Origin: Auanema rhodensis
Lineage: Eukaryota > Animalia > Nematoda
DNA length: 64,000 bases
NCBI GenBank assembly: GCA_964057225.1
Contig: OZ059896.1
Coordinates: 22,630,001-22,694,000, forward strand
Direction of reading: 5' to 3'
A program made the translations under genes and the position numbers. The notes under the pieces were generated by a model. The model was not told the origin of the DNA and searched no databases. It saw only the letters and a program-made list of their open reading frames with translations. Numbering within the stretch: the first letter of the stretch is position 1; the number at the start of each line of letters is the position of its first letter. Of the stretch, positions 38,301 to 52,200 are shown piece after piece.

Positions 38301-41300
38301 TAAAAACATCTACTTTTTGCTAAATTATTTTGAAATTTTTCGAAAAAATTTTTGTCAAAATGTTTTTGGAAGTAATGTTGAGTGTACATGGAAACTCAAC
38401 ATACACTAATGCATCATTTTTCAAACGATCATAACTAATTTTTGTATTAAGCGTTTCTCAATGTAGTATAGTGCATTCGATGCGGATTTTTAAGCTGCGT
38501 CGATCTGTGTTATCAGATTTGCGCTAGCTTAAAAATGCACCGAGATATCAACTGATATAAGTTCACACTTATATCCTCGATTTTCACCCTGAAGAATTGA
38601 TTTTTTCGTTGAATAACATTGTCCATCGTTTTTGCCTTGAAAAAAGAAATCTAAAAACATCTACTTTTTGCTAAGTTATTCTGAAATTTTTTGAAAACAT
38701 TTTTGTCAAAATGTTTTTGGAAGCAATGTTGATTGTACATGGAAACTCAACATACACTAATGCATCATTTTTCAAACGATCATAACTAATTTTTGTATTA
38801 AGCGTTTCTCAATGTAGTATAGTGCATTCGATGCGGATTTTTAAGCTGCGTCGATCTGTGTTATCAGATTTGCGCTAGCTTAAAAATGCACCGAGATATC
38901 AACTGATATAAGTTCACACTTATAGCCTCGATTTTCACCCTGAAGAATTAATTTTTTCGTTGAATAACATTGTCCATCGTCTTTGCTTTGAAAAAAGGAA
39001 TCTAAAAACATCTACTTTTTGCTAAATTATTTTGAAATTTTTCGAAAAAATTTTTGTCAAAATGTTTTTGGAAGCAATGTTGAGTGTACATGGAAACTCA
39101 ACATACACTAATGCATCATTTTTCAAACGATCATAACTAATTTCTGTATTAAGCGTTTCTCAATGTAGTATAGTGCATTCGATGCGGATTTTTAAGCTGC
39201 GTTGATCTGTGTTATCAGATTTGCGCTAGCTTAAAAATGCACCGAGATATCAACTGATATAAGTTCACACTTATAGCCTCGATTTTCACCCTGAAGAATT
39301 AATTTTTTCGTTGAATAACATTGTCCATCGTCTTTGCTTTGAAAAAAGGAATCTAAAAACATCTAATTTTGCTAAATTATTTTGAAATTTTTCGAAAAAA
39401 TTTTTGTCAAAATGTTTTTGGAAGCAATGTTGAGTGTACATGGAAACTCAACATACACTAATGCATCATTTTTCAAACGATCATAACTAATTTCTGTATT
39501 AAGCGTTTCTCAATGTAGTATAGTGCATTCGATGCGGATTTTTAAGCTGCGTCGATCTGTGTTATCAGATTTGCGCTAGCTTAAAAATGCACCGAGATAT
39601 CAACTGATATAAGTTCACACTTATATCCTCGATTTTCACCCTGAAGAATTAATTTTTTCGTTGAATAACATTGTCCATCGTCTTTGCCTTGAAAAAAGGA
39701 ATCTAAAAACATCTACTTTTTGCTAAATTATTTTGAAATTTTTCGAAAAAATTTTTGTCAAAATGTTTTTGGAAGTAATGTTGAGTGTACATGGAAACTC
39801 AACATACACTAATGCATCATTTTTCAAACGATCATAACTAATTTTTGTATTAAGCGTTTCTCAATGTAGTATAGTGCATTCGATGCGGATTTTTAAGCTG
39901 CGTCGATCTGTGTTATCAGATTTGCGCTAGCTTAAAAATGCACCGAGATATCAACTGATATAAGTTCACACTTATATCCTCGATTTTCACCCTGAAGAAT
40001 TAATTTTTTCGTTGAATAACATTGTCCATCGTCTTTGCCTTGAAAAAAGGAATCTAAAAACATCTACTTTTTGCTAAATTATTTTGAAATTTTTCGAAAA
40101 AATTTTTGTCAAAATGTTTTTGGAAGTAATGTTGAGTGTACATGGAAACTCAACATACACTAATGCATCATTTTTCAAACGATCATAACTAATTTTTGTA
40201 TTAAGCGTTTCTCAATGTAGTATAGTGCATTCGATGCGGATTTTTAAGCTGCGTCGATCTGTGTTATCAGATTTGCGCTAGCTTAAAAATGCACCGAGAT
40301 ATCAACTGATATAAGTTCACACTTATATCCTCGATTTTCACCCTGAAGAATTAATTTTTTCGTAGAATAACATTGTCCATCGTCTTTGCCTTGAAAAAAG
40401 GAATCTAAAAACATCTACTTTTTGCTAAATTATTTTGAAATTTTTCGAAAAAATTTTTGTCAAAATGTTTTTGGAAGCAATGTTGAGTGTACATGGAAAC
40501 TCAACATACACTAATGCATCATTTTTCAAACGATCATAACTAATTTTTGTATTAAGCGTTTCTCAATGTAGTATAGTGCATTCGATGCGGATTTTTAAGC
40601 TGCGTCGATCTGTGTTATCAGATTTGCGCTAGCTTAAAAATGCACCGAGATATCAACTGATATAAGTTCACACTTATATCATCGATTTTCACCCTGAAGA
40701 ATTAATTTTTTCGTTGAATAACATTGTCCATCGTCTTTGCCTTAAAAAAAAAAATTTAAAAACATCTACTTTTTGCTAAATTATTCTGAAATTTTTTGAA
40801 AACATTTTTGTCAAAATGTTTTTGGAAGCAATGTTGATTGTACATGGAAACTCAACATACACTAATGCATCATTTTTCAAACGATCATAACTAATTTTTG
40901 TATTGAGCGTTTCTCAATGTGGTATAGTGCATTCGATGCGGATTTTTAAGCTGCGTCGATCTGTGTTATCAGATTTGCGCTAGTTTAAAAATGCACCGAG
41001 ATATCAACTGATATAAGTTCACACTTATATCCTCGATTTTCACCCTGAAGAATTGATTTTTTCGTTGAATAACATTGTCCATCGTTTTTGCCTTGAAAAA
41101 AGAAATCTAAAAACATCTACTTTTTGCTAAGTTATTTTGAAATTTTTCGAAAAAATTTTTGTCAAAATGTTTTTGGAAGCAATGTTGAGTGTACATGGAA
41201 ACTCAACATACACTAATGCATCATTTTTCAAACGATCATAACTAATTTCTGTATTAAGCGTTTCTCAATGTAGTATAGTGCATTCGATGCGGATTTTTAA

Positions 41301-42746
41301 GCTGCGTCGATCTGTGTTATCAGATTTGCGCTAGTTTAAAAATGCACCGAGATATCAACTGATATAAGTTCACACTTATAGCCTCGATTTTCACCCTGAA
41401 GAATTAATTTTTTCGTTGAATAACATTGTCCATCGTCTTTGCTTTGAAAAAAGGAATCTAAAAACATCTACTTTTTGCTAAATTATTTTGAAATTTTTCG
41501 AAAAAATTTTTGTCAAAATGTTTTTGGAAGCAATGTTGAGTGTACATGGAAACTCAACATACACTAATGCATCATTTTTCAAACGATCATAACTAATTTC
41601 TGTATTAAGCGTTTCTCAATGTAGTATAGTGCATTCGATGCGGATTTTTAAGCTGCGTCGATCTGTGTTATCAGATTTGCGCTAGTTTAAAAATGCACCG
41701 AGATATCAACTGATATAAGTTCACACTTATAGCCTCGATTTTCACCCTGAAGAATTAATTTTTTCGTTGAATAACATTGTCCATCGTCTTTGCTTTGAAA
41801 AAAGGAATCTAAAAACATCTACTTTTTGCTAAATTATTTTGAAATTTTTCGAAAAAATTTTTGTCAAAATGTTTTTGGAAGCAATGTTGAGTGTACATGG
41901 AAACTCAACATACACTAATGCATCATTTTTCAAACGATCATAACTAATTTCTGTATTAAGCGTTTCTCAATGTAGTATAGTGCATTCGATGCGGATTTTT
42001 AAGCTGCGTCGATCTGTGTTATCAGATTTGCGCTAGTTTAAAAATGCACCGAGATATCAACTGATATAAGTTCACACTTATAGCCTCGATTTTCACCCTG
42101 AAGAATTAATTTTTTCGTTGAATAACATTGTCCATCGTCTTTGCTTTGAAAAAAGGAATCTAAAAACATCTACTTTTTGCTAAATTATTTTGAAATTTTT
42201 CGAAAAAATTTTTGTCAAAATGTTTTTGGAAGCAATGTTGAGTGTACATGGAAACTCAACATACACTAATGCATCATTTTTCAAACGATCATAACTAATT
42301 TCTGTATTAAGCGTTTCTCAATGTAGTATAGTGGATTCGATGCGGATTTTTAAGCTGCGTCGATCTGTGTTATCAGATTTGCGCTAGTTTAAAAATGCAC
42401 CGAGATATCAACTGATATAAGTTCACACTTATAGCCTCGATTTTCACCCTGAAGAATTAATTTTTTCGTTGAATAACATTGTCCATCGTCTTTGCTTTGA
42501 AAAAAGGAATCTAAAAACATCTACTTTTTGCTAAATTATTTTGAAATTTTTCGAAAAAATTTTTGTCAAAATGTTTTTGGAAGCAATGTTGAGTGTACAT
42601 GGAAACTCAACATACACTAATGCATCATTTTTCAAACGATCATAACTAATTTCTGTATTAAGCGTTTCTCAATGTAGTATAGTGCATTCGATGCGGATTT
42701 TTAAGCTGCGTCGATCTGTGTTATCAGATTTGCGCTAGCTTAAAAA

Positions 42747-45700
42747 TGCACCGAGATATCAACTGATATAAGTTCACACTTATATCCTCGATTTTCACCC
42801 TGAAGAATTAATTTTTTCGTTGAATAACATTGTCCATCGTCTTTGCCTTGAAAAAAGGAATCTAAAAACATCTACTTTTCGCTAAATTATTTTGAAATTT
42901 TTCGAAAAAATTTTTGTCAAAATGTTTTTGGAAGTAATGTTGAGTGTACATGGAAACTCAACATACACTAATGCATCATTTTTCAAACGATCATAACTAA
43001 TTTTTGTATTAAGCGTTTTTCAATGTAGTATAGTGCATTCGATGCGGATTTTTAAGCTGCGTCGATCTGTGTTATCAGATTTGCGCTAGCTTAAAAATGC
43101 ACCGAGATATCAACTGATATAAGTTCACACTTATATCCTCGATTTTCACCCTGAAGAATTAATTTTTTCGTAGAATAACATTGTCCATCGTCTTTGCCTT
43201 GAAAAAAGGAATCTAAAAACATCTACTTTTTGCTAAATTATTTTGAAATTTTTCGAAAAAATTTTTGTCAAAATGTTTTTGGAAGCAATGTTGAGTGTAC
43301 ATGGAAACTCAACATACACTAATGCATCATTTTTCAAACGATCATAACTAATTTTTGTATTAAGCGTTTCTCAATGTAGTATAGTGCATTCGATGCGGAT
43401 TTTTAAGCTGCGTCGATCTGTGTTATCAGATTTGCGCTAGCTTAAAAATGCACCGAGATATCAACTGATATAAGTTCACACTTATATCATCGATTTTCAC
43501 CCTGAAGAATTAATTTTTTCGTTGAATAACATTGTCCATCGTCTTTGCCTTAAAAAAAAAAATCTAAAAACATCTACTTTTTGCTAAATTATTCTGAAAT
43601 TTTTTGAAAACATTTTTGTCAAAATGTTTTTGGAAGCAATGTTGATTGTACATGGAAACTCAACATACACTAATGCATCATTTTTCAAACGATCATAACT
43701 AATTTTTGTATTGAGCGTTTCTCAATGTGGTATAGTGCATTCGATGCGGATTGTTAAGCTGCGTCGATCTGTGTTATCAGATTTGCGCTAGTTTAAAAAT
43801 GCACCGAGATATCAACTGATATAAGTTCACACTTATATCCTCGATTTTCACCCTGAAGAATTGATTTTTTCGTTGAATAACATTGTCCATCGTTTTTGCC
43901 TTGAAAAAAGAAATCTAAAAACATCTACTTTTTGCTAAGTTATTTTGAAATTTTTCGAAAAAATTTTTGTCAAAATGTTTTTGGAAGCAATGTTGAGTGT
44001 ACATGGAAACTCAACATACACTAATGCATCATTTTTCAAACGATCATAACTAATTTTTGTATTGAGCGTTTCTCAATGTGGTATAGTGCATTCGATGCGG
44101 ATTGTTAAGCTGCGTCGATCTGTGTTATCAGATTTGCGCTAGTTTAAAAATGCACCGAGATATCAACTGATATAAGTTCACACTTATATCCTCGATTTTC
44201 ACCCTGAAGAATTGATTTTTTCGTTGAATAACATTGTCCATCGTTTTTGCCTTGAAAAAAGAAATCTAAAAACATCTACTTTTTGCTAAGTTATTTTGAA
44301 ATTTTTCGAAAAAATTTTTGTCAAAATGTTTTTGGAAGCAATGTTGAGTGTACATGGAAACTCAACATACACTAATGCATCATTTTTCAAACGATCATAA
44401 CTAATTTCTGTATTAAGCGTTTCTCAATGTAGTATAGTGCATTCGATGCGGATTTTTAAGCTGCGTCGATCTGTGTTATCAGATTTGCGCTAGCTTAAAA
44501 ATGCACCGAGATATCAACTGATATAAGTTCACACTTATATCCTCGATTTTCACCCTGAAGAATTAATTTTTTCGTTGAATAACATTGTCCATCGTCTTTG
44601 CCTTGAAAAAAGGAATCTAAAAACATCTACTTTTCGCTAAATTATTTTGAAATTTTTCGAAAAAATTTTTGTCAAAATGTTTTTGGAAGTAATGTTGAGT
44701 GTACATGGAAACTCAACATACACTAATGCATCATTTTTCAAACGATCATAACTAATTTTTGTATTAAGCGTTTTTCAATGTAGTATAGTGCATTCGATGC
44801 GGATTTTTAAGCTGCGTCGATCTGTGTTATCAGATTTGCGCTAGCTTAAAAATGCACCGAGATATCAACTGATATAAGTTCACACTTATATCCTCGATTT
44901 TCACCCTGAAGAATTAATTTTTTCGTAGAATAACATTGTCCATCGTCTTTGCCTTGAAAAAAGGAATCTAAAAACATCTACTTTTTGCTAAATTATTTTG
45001 AAATTTTTCGAAAAAATTTTTGTCAAAATGTTTTTGGAAGCAATGTTGAGTGTACATGGAAACTCAACATACACTAATGCATCATTTTTCAAACGATCGT
45101 AACTAATTTTTGTATTAAGCGTTTCTCAATGTAGTATAGTGCATTCGATGCGGATTTTTAAGCTGCGTCGATCTGTGTTATCAGATTTGCGCTAGCTTAA
45201 AAATGCACCGAGATATCAACTGATATAAGTTCACACTTATATCATCGATTTTCACCCTGAAGAATTAATTTTTTCGTTGAATAACATTGTCCATCGTCTT
45301 TGCCTTAAAAAAAAAAATCTAAAAACATCTACTTTTTGCTAAATTATTCTGAAATTTTTTGAAAACATTTTTGTCAAAATGTTTTTGGAAGCAATGTTGA
45401 TTGTACATGGAAACTCAACATACACTAATGCATCATTTTTCAAACGATCATAACTAATTTTTGTATTGAGCGTTTCTCAATGTGGTATAGTGCATTCGAT
45501 GCGGATTGTTAAGCTGCGTCGATCTGTGTTATCAGATTTGCGCTAGTTTAAAAATGCACCGAGATATCAACTGATATAAGTTCACACTTATATCCTCGAT
45601 TTTCACCCTGAAGAATTGATTTTTTCGTTGAATAACATTGTCCATCGTTTTTGCCTTGAAAAAAGAAATCTAAAAACATCTACTTTTTGCTAAGTTATTT

Positions 45701-46256
45701 TGAAATTTTTCGAAAAAATTTTTGTCAAAATGTTTGTGGAAGCAATGTTGAGTGTACATGGAAACTCAACATACACTAATGCATCATTTTTCAAACGATC
45801 ATAACTAATTTTTGTATTGAGCGTTTCTCAATGTGGTATAGTGCATTCGATGCGGATTGTTAAGCTGCGTCGATCTGTGTTATCAGATTTGCGCTAGTTT
45901 AAAAATGCACCGAGATATCAACTGATATAAGTTCACACTTATATCCTCGATTTTCACCCTGAAGAATTGATTTTTTCGTTGAATAACATTGTCCATCGTT
46001 TTTGCCTTGAAAAAAGAAATCTAAAAACATCTACTTTTTGCTAAGTTATTTTGAAATTTTTCGAAAAAATTTTTGTCAAAATGTTTTTGGAAGCAATGTT
46101 GAGTGTACATGGAAACTCAACATACACTAATGCATCATTTTTCAAACGATCATAACTAATTTCTGTATTAAGCGTTTCTCAATGTAGTATAGTGCATTCG
46201 ATGCGGATTTTTAAGCTGCGTCGATCTGTGTTATCAGATTTGCGCTAGTTTAAAAA
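42747..46256. repeat. Tandem duplication of a 5-monomer block (B-S-C-E-E, 1755 bp)
   Basis: Private markers T134C, C273T and T305G repeat at 1755-bp spacing. Confidence 0.85.
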
Positions 46257-49200
46257 TGCACCGAGATATCAACTGATATAAGTTCACACTTATAGCCTCG
46301 ATTTTCACCCTGAAGAATTAATTTTTTCGTTGAATAACATTGTCCATCGTCTTTGCTTTGAAAAAAGGAATCTAAAAACATCTACTTTTTGCTAAATTAT
46401 TTTGAAATTTTTCGAAAAAATTTTTGTCAAAATGTTTTTGGAAGTAATGTTGAGTGTACATGGAAACTCAACATACACTAATGCATCATTTTTCAAACGA
46501 TCATAACTAATTTTTGTATTGAGCGTTTCTCAATGTGGTATAGTGCATTCGATGCGGATTTTTAAGCTGCGTCGATCTGTGTTATCAGATTTGCGCTAGT
46601 TTAAAAATGCACCGAGATATCAACTGATATAAGTTCACACTTATAGCCTCGATTTTCACCCTGAAGAATTAATTTTTTCGTTGAATAACATTGTCCATCG
46701 TCTTTGCTTTGAAAAAAGGAATCTAAAAACATCTACTTTTTGCTAAATTATTTTGAAATTTTTCGAAAAAATTTTTGTCAAAATGTTTTTGGAAGTAATG
46801 TTGAGTGTACATGGAAACTCAACATACACTAATGCATCATTTTTCAAACGATCATAACTAATTTTTGTATTGAGCGTTTCTCAATGTGGTATAGTGCATT
46901 CGATGCGGATTTTTAAGCTGCGTCGATCTGTGTTATCAGATTTGCGCTAGTTTAAAAATGCACCGAGATATCAACTGATATAAGTTCACACTTATAGCCT
47001 CGATTTTCACCCTGAAGAATTAATTTTTTCGTTGAATAACATTGTCCATCGTCTTTGCCTTAAAAAAAAAAATCTAAAAACATCTACTTTTTGCTAAATT
47101 ATTCTGAAATTTTTTGAAAACATTTTTGTCAAAATGTTTTTGGAAGTAATGTTGAGTGTACATGGAAACTCAACATACACTAATGCATCATTTTTCAAAC
47201 GATCATAACTAATTTTTGTATTAAGCGTTTCTCAATGTAGTATAGTGCATTCGATGCGGATTTTTAAGCTGCGTCGATCTGTGTTATCAGATTTGCGCTA
47301 GCTTAAAAATGCACCGAGATATCAACTGATATAAGTTCACACTTATATCCTCGATTTTCACCCTGAAGAATTAATTTTTTCGTTGAATAACATTGTCCAT
47401 CGTCTTTGCCTTGAAAAAAGGAATCTAAAAACATCTACTTTTTGCTAAATTATTTTGAAATTTTTCGAAAAAATTTTTGTCAAAATGTTTTTGGAAGTAA
47501 TGTTGAGTGTACATGGAAACTCAACATACACTAATGCATCATTTTTCAAACGATCATAACTAATTTTTGTATTAAGCGTTTTTCAATGTAGTATAGTGCA
47601 TTCGATGCGGATTTTTAAGCTGCGTCGATCTGTGTTATCAGATTTGCGCTAGCTTAAAAATGCACCGAGATATCAACTGATATAAGTTCACACTTATATC
47701 CTCGATTTTCACCCTGAAGAATTAATTTTTTCGTAGAATAACATTGTCCATCGTCTTTGCCTTGAAAAAAGGAATCTAAAAACATCTACTTTTTGCTAAA
47801 TTATTTTGAAATTTTTCGAAAAAATTTTTGTCAAAATGTTTTTGGAAGCAATGTTGAGTGTACATGGAAACTCAACATACACTAATGCATCATTTTTCAA
47901 ACGATCATAACTAATTTTTGTATTAAGCGTTTCTCAATGTAGTATAGTGCATTCGATGCGGATTTTTAAGCTGCGTCGATCTGTGTTATCAGATTTGCGC
48001 TAGCTTAAAAATGCACCGAGATATCAACTGATATAAGTTCACACTTATATCATCGATTTTCACCCTGAAGAATTAATTTTTTCGTTGAATAACATTGTCC
48101 ATCGTCTTTGCCTTAAAGAAAAAAATCTAAAAACATCTACTTTTTGCTAAATTATTCTGAAATTTTTTGAAAACATTTTTGTCAAAATGTTTTTGGAAGC
48201 AATGTTGATTGTACATGGAAACTCAACATACACTAATGCATCATTTTTCAAACGATCATAACTAATTTTTGTATTGAGCGTTTCTCAATGTGGTATAGTG
48301 CATTCGATGCGGATTGTTAAGCTGCGTCGATCTGTGTTATCAGATTTGCGCTAGTTTAAAAATGCACCGAGATATCAACTGATATAAGTTCACACTTATA
48401 TCCTCGATTTTCACCCTGAAGAATTGATTTTTTCGTTGAATAACATTGTCCATCGTTTTTGCCTTGAAAAAAGAAATCTAAAAACATCTACTTTTTGCTA
48501 AGTTATTTTGAAATTTTTCGAAAAAATTTTTGTCAAAATGTTTTTGGAAGCAATGTTGAGTGTACATGGAAACTCAACATACACTAATGCATCATTTTTC
48601 AAACGATCATAACTAATTTTTGTATTGAGCGTTTCTCAATGTGGTATAGTGCATTCGATGCGGATTGTTAAGCTGCGTCGATCTGTGTTATCAGATTTGC
48701 GCTAGTTTAAAAATGCACCGAGATATCAACTGATATAAGTTCACACTTATATCCTCGATTTTCACCCTGAAGAATTGATTTTTTCGTTGAATAACATTGT
48801 CCATCGTTTTTGCCTTGAAAAAAGAAATCTAAAAACATCTACTTTTTGCTAAGTTATTTTGAAATTTTTCGAAAAAATTTTTGTCAAAATGTTTTTGGAA
48901 GCAATGTTGAGTGTACATGGAAACTCAACATACACTAATGCATCATTTTTCAAACGATCATAACTAATTTCTGTATTAAGCGTTTCTCAATGTAGTATAG
49001 TGCATTCGATGCGGATTTTTAAGCTGCGTCGATCTGTGTTATCAGATTTGCGCTAGTTTAAAAATGCACCGAGATATCAACTGATATAAGTTCACACTTA
49101 TAGCCTCGATTTTCACCCTGAAGAATTAATTTTTTCGTTGAATAACATTGTCCATCGTCTTTGCTTTGAAAAAAGGAATCTAAAAACATCTACTTTTTGC

Positions 49201-52200
49201 TAAATTATTTTGAAATTTTTCGAAAAAATTTTTGTCAAAATGTTTTTGGAAGCAATGTTGAGTGTACATGGAAACTCAACATACACTAATGCATCATTTT
49301 TCAAACGATCATAACTAATTTCTGTATTAAGCGTTTCTCAATGTAGTATAGTGCATTCGATGCGGATTTTTAAGCTGCGTCGATCTGTGTTATCAGATTT
49401 GCGCTAGCTTAAAAATGCACCGAGATATCAACTGATATAAGTTCACACTTATATCCTCGATTTTCACCCTGAAGAATTAATTTTTTCGTTGAATAACATT
49501 GTCCATCGTCTTTGCCTTGAAAAAAGGAATCTAAAAACATCTACTTTTTGCTAAATTATTTTGAAATTTTTCGAAAAAATTTTTGTCAAAATGTTTTTGG
49601 AAGTAATGTTGAGTGTACATGGAAACTCAACATACACTAATGCATCATTTTTCAAACGATCATAACTAATTTTTGTATTAAGCGTTTCTCAATGTAGTAT
49701 AGTGCATTCGATGCGGATTTTTAAGCTGCGTCGATCTGTGTTATCAGATTTGCGCTAGCTTAAAAATGCACCGAGATATCAACTGATATAAGTTCACACT
49801 TATATCCTCGATTTTCACCCTGAAGAATTAATTTTTTCGTAGAATAACATTGTCCATCGTCTTTGCCTTGAAAAAAGGAATCTAAAAACATCTACTTTCT
49901 GCTAAATTATTTTGAAATTTTTCGAAAAAATTTTTGTCAAAATGTTTTTGGAAGCAATGTTGAGTGTACATGGAAACTCAACATACACTAATGCATCATT
50001 TTTCAAACGATCATAACTAATTTTTGTATTAAGCGTTTCTCAATGTAGTATAGTGCATTCGATGCGGATTTTTAAGCTGCGTCGATCTGTGTTATCAGAT
50101 TTGCGCTAGCTTAAAAATGCACCGAGATATCAACTGATATAAGTTCACACTTATATCCTCGATTTTCACCCTGAAGAATTAATTTTTTCGTAGAATAACA
50201 TTGTCCATCGTCTTTGCCTTGAAAAAAGGAATCTAAAAACATCTACTTTTTGCTAAATTATTTTGAAATTTTTCGAAAAAATTTTTGTCAAAATGTTTTT
50301 GGAAGCAATGTTGAGTGTACATGGAAACTCAACATACACTAATGCATCATTTTTCAAACGATCATAACTAATTTTTGTATTAAGCGTTTCTCAATGTAGT
50401 ATAGTGCATTCGATGCGGATTTTTAAGCTGCGTCGATCTGTGTTATCAGATTTGCGCTAGCTTAAAAATGCACCGAGATATCAACTGATATAAGTTCACA
50501 CTTATATCATCGATTTTCACCCTGAAGAATTAATTTTTTCGTTGAATAACATTGTCCATCGTCTTTGCCTTAAAAAAAAAAATCTAAAAACATCTACTTT
50601 TTGCTAAATTATTCTGAAATTTTTTGAAAACATTTTTGTCAAAATGTTTTTGGAAGCAATGTTGATTGTACATGGAAACTCAACATACACTAATGCATCA
50701 TTTTTCAAACGATCATAACTAATTTTTGTATTAAGCGTTTCTCAATGTAGTATAGTGCATTCGATGCGGATTTTTAAGCTGCGTCGATCTGTGTTATCAG
50801 ATTTGCGCTAGCTTAAAAATGCACCGAGATATCAACTGATATAAGTTCACACTTATATCATCGATTTTCACCCTGAAGAATTAATTTTTTCGTTGAATAA
50901 CATTGTCCATCGTCTTTGCCTTAAAAAAAAAATCTAAAAACATCTACTTTTTGCTAAATTATTCTGAAATTTTTTGAAAACATTTTTGTCAAAATGTTTT
51001 TGGAAGCAATGTTGATTGTACATGGAAACTCAACATACACTAATGCATCATTTTTCAAACGATCATAACTAATTTTTGTATTGAGCGTTTCTCAATGTGG
51101 TATAGTGCATTCGATGCGGATTTTTAAGCTGCGTCGATCTGTATTATCAGATTTGCGCTAGTTTAAAAATGCACCGAGATATCAACTGATATAAGTTCAC
51201 ACTTATATCCTCGATTTTCACCCTGAAGAATTGATTTTTTCGTTGAATAACATTGTCCATCGTTTTTGCCTTGAAAAAAGAAATCTAAAAACATCTACTT
51301 TTTGCTAAGTTATTTTGAAATTTTTCGAAAAAATTTTTGTCAAAATGTTTTTGGAAGCAATGTTGAGTGTACATGGAAACTCAACATACACTAATGCATC
51401 ATTTTTCAAACGATCTTAACTAATTTTTTTATTAAGCGTTTCTCAATGTAGTATAGTGCATTCGATGCGGATTTTTAAGCTGCGTCGATCTGTGTTATCA
51501 GATTTGCGCTAGCTTAAAAATGCACCGAGATATCAACTGATATAAGTTCACACTTATATCCTCGATTTTCACCCTGAAGAATTAATTTTTTCGTAGAATA
51601 ACAATGTCCATCGTCTTTGCCTTGAAAAAAGGAATCTAAAAACATCTACTTTTTGCTAAATTATTTTGAAATTTTTCGAAAAAATTTTTGTCAAAATGTT
51701 TTTGGAAGCAATGTTGAGTGTACATGGAAACTCAACATACACTAATGCATCATTTTTCAAACGATCATAACTAATTTTTGTATTAAGCGTTTCTCAATGT
51801 AGTATAGTGCATTCGATGCGGATTTTTAAGCTGCGTCGATCTGTGTTATCAGATTTGCGCTAGCTTAAAAATGCACCGAGATATCAACTGATATAAGTTC
51901 ACACTTATATCATCGATTTTCACCCTGAAGAATTAATTTTTTCGTTGAATAACATTGTCCATCGTCTTTGCCTTAAAAAAAAAAATCTAAAAACATCTAC
52001 TTTTTGCTAAATTATTCTGAAATTTTTTGAAAACATTTTTGTCAAAATGTTTTTGGAAGCAATGTTGATTGTACATGGAAACTCAACATACACTAATGCA
52101 TCATTTTTCAAACGATCATAACTAATTTTTGTATTAAGCGTTTCTCAATGTAGTATAGTGCATTCGATGCGGATTTTTAAGCTGCGTCGATCTGTGTTAT

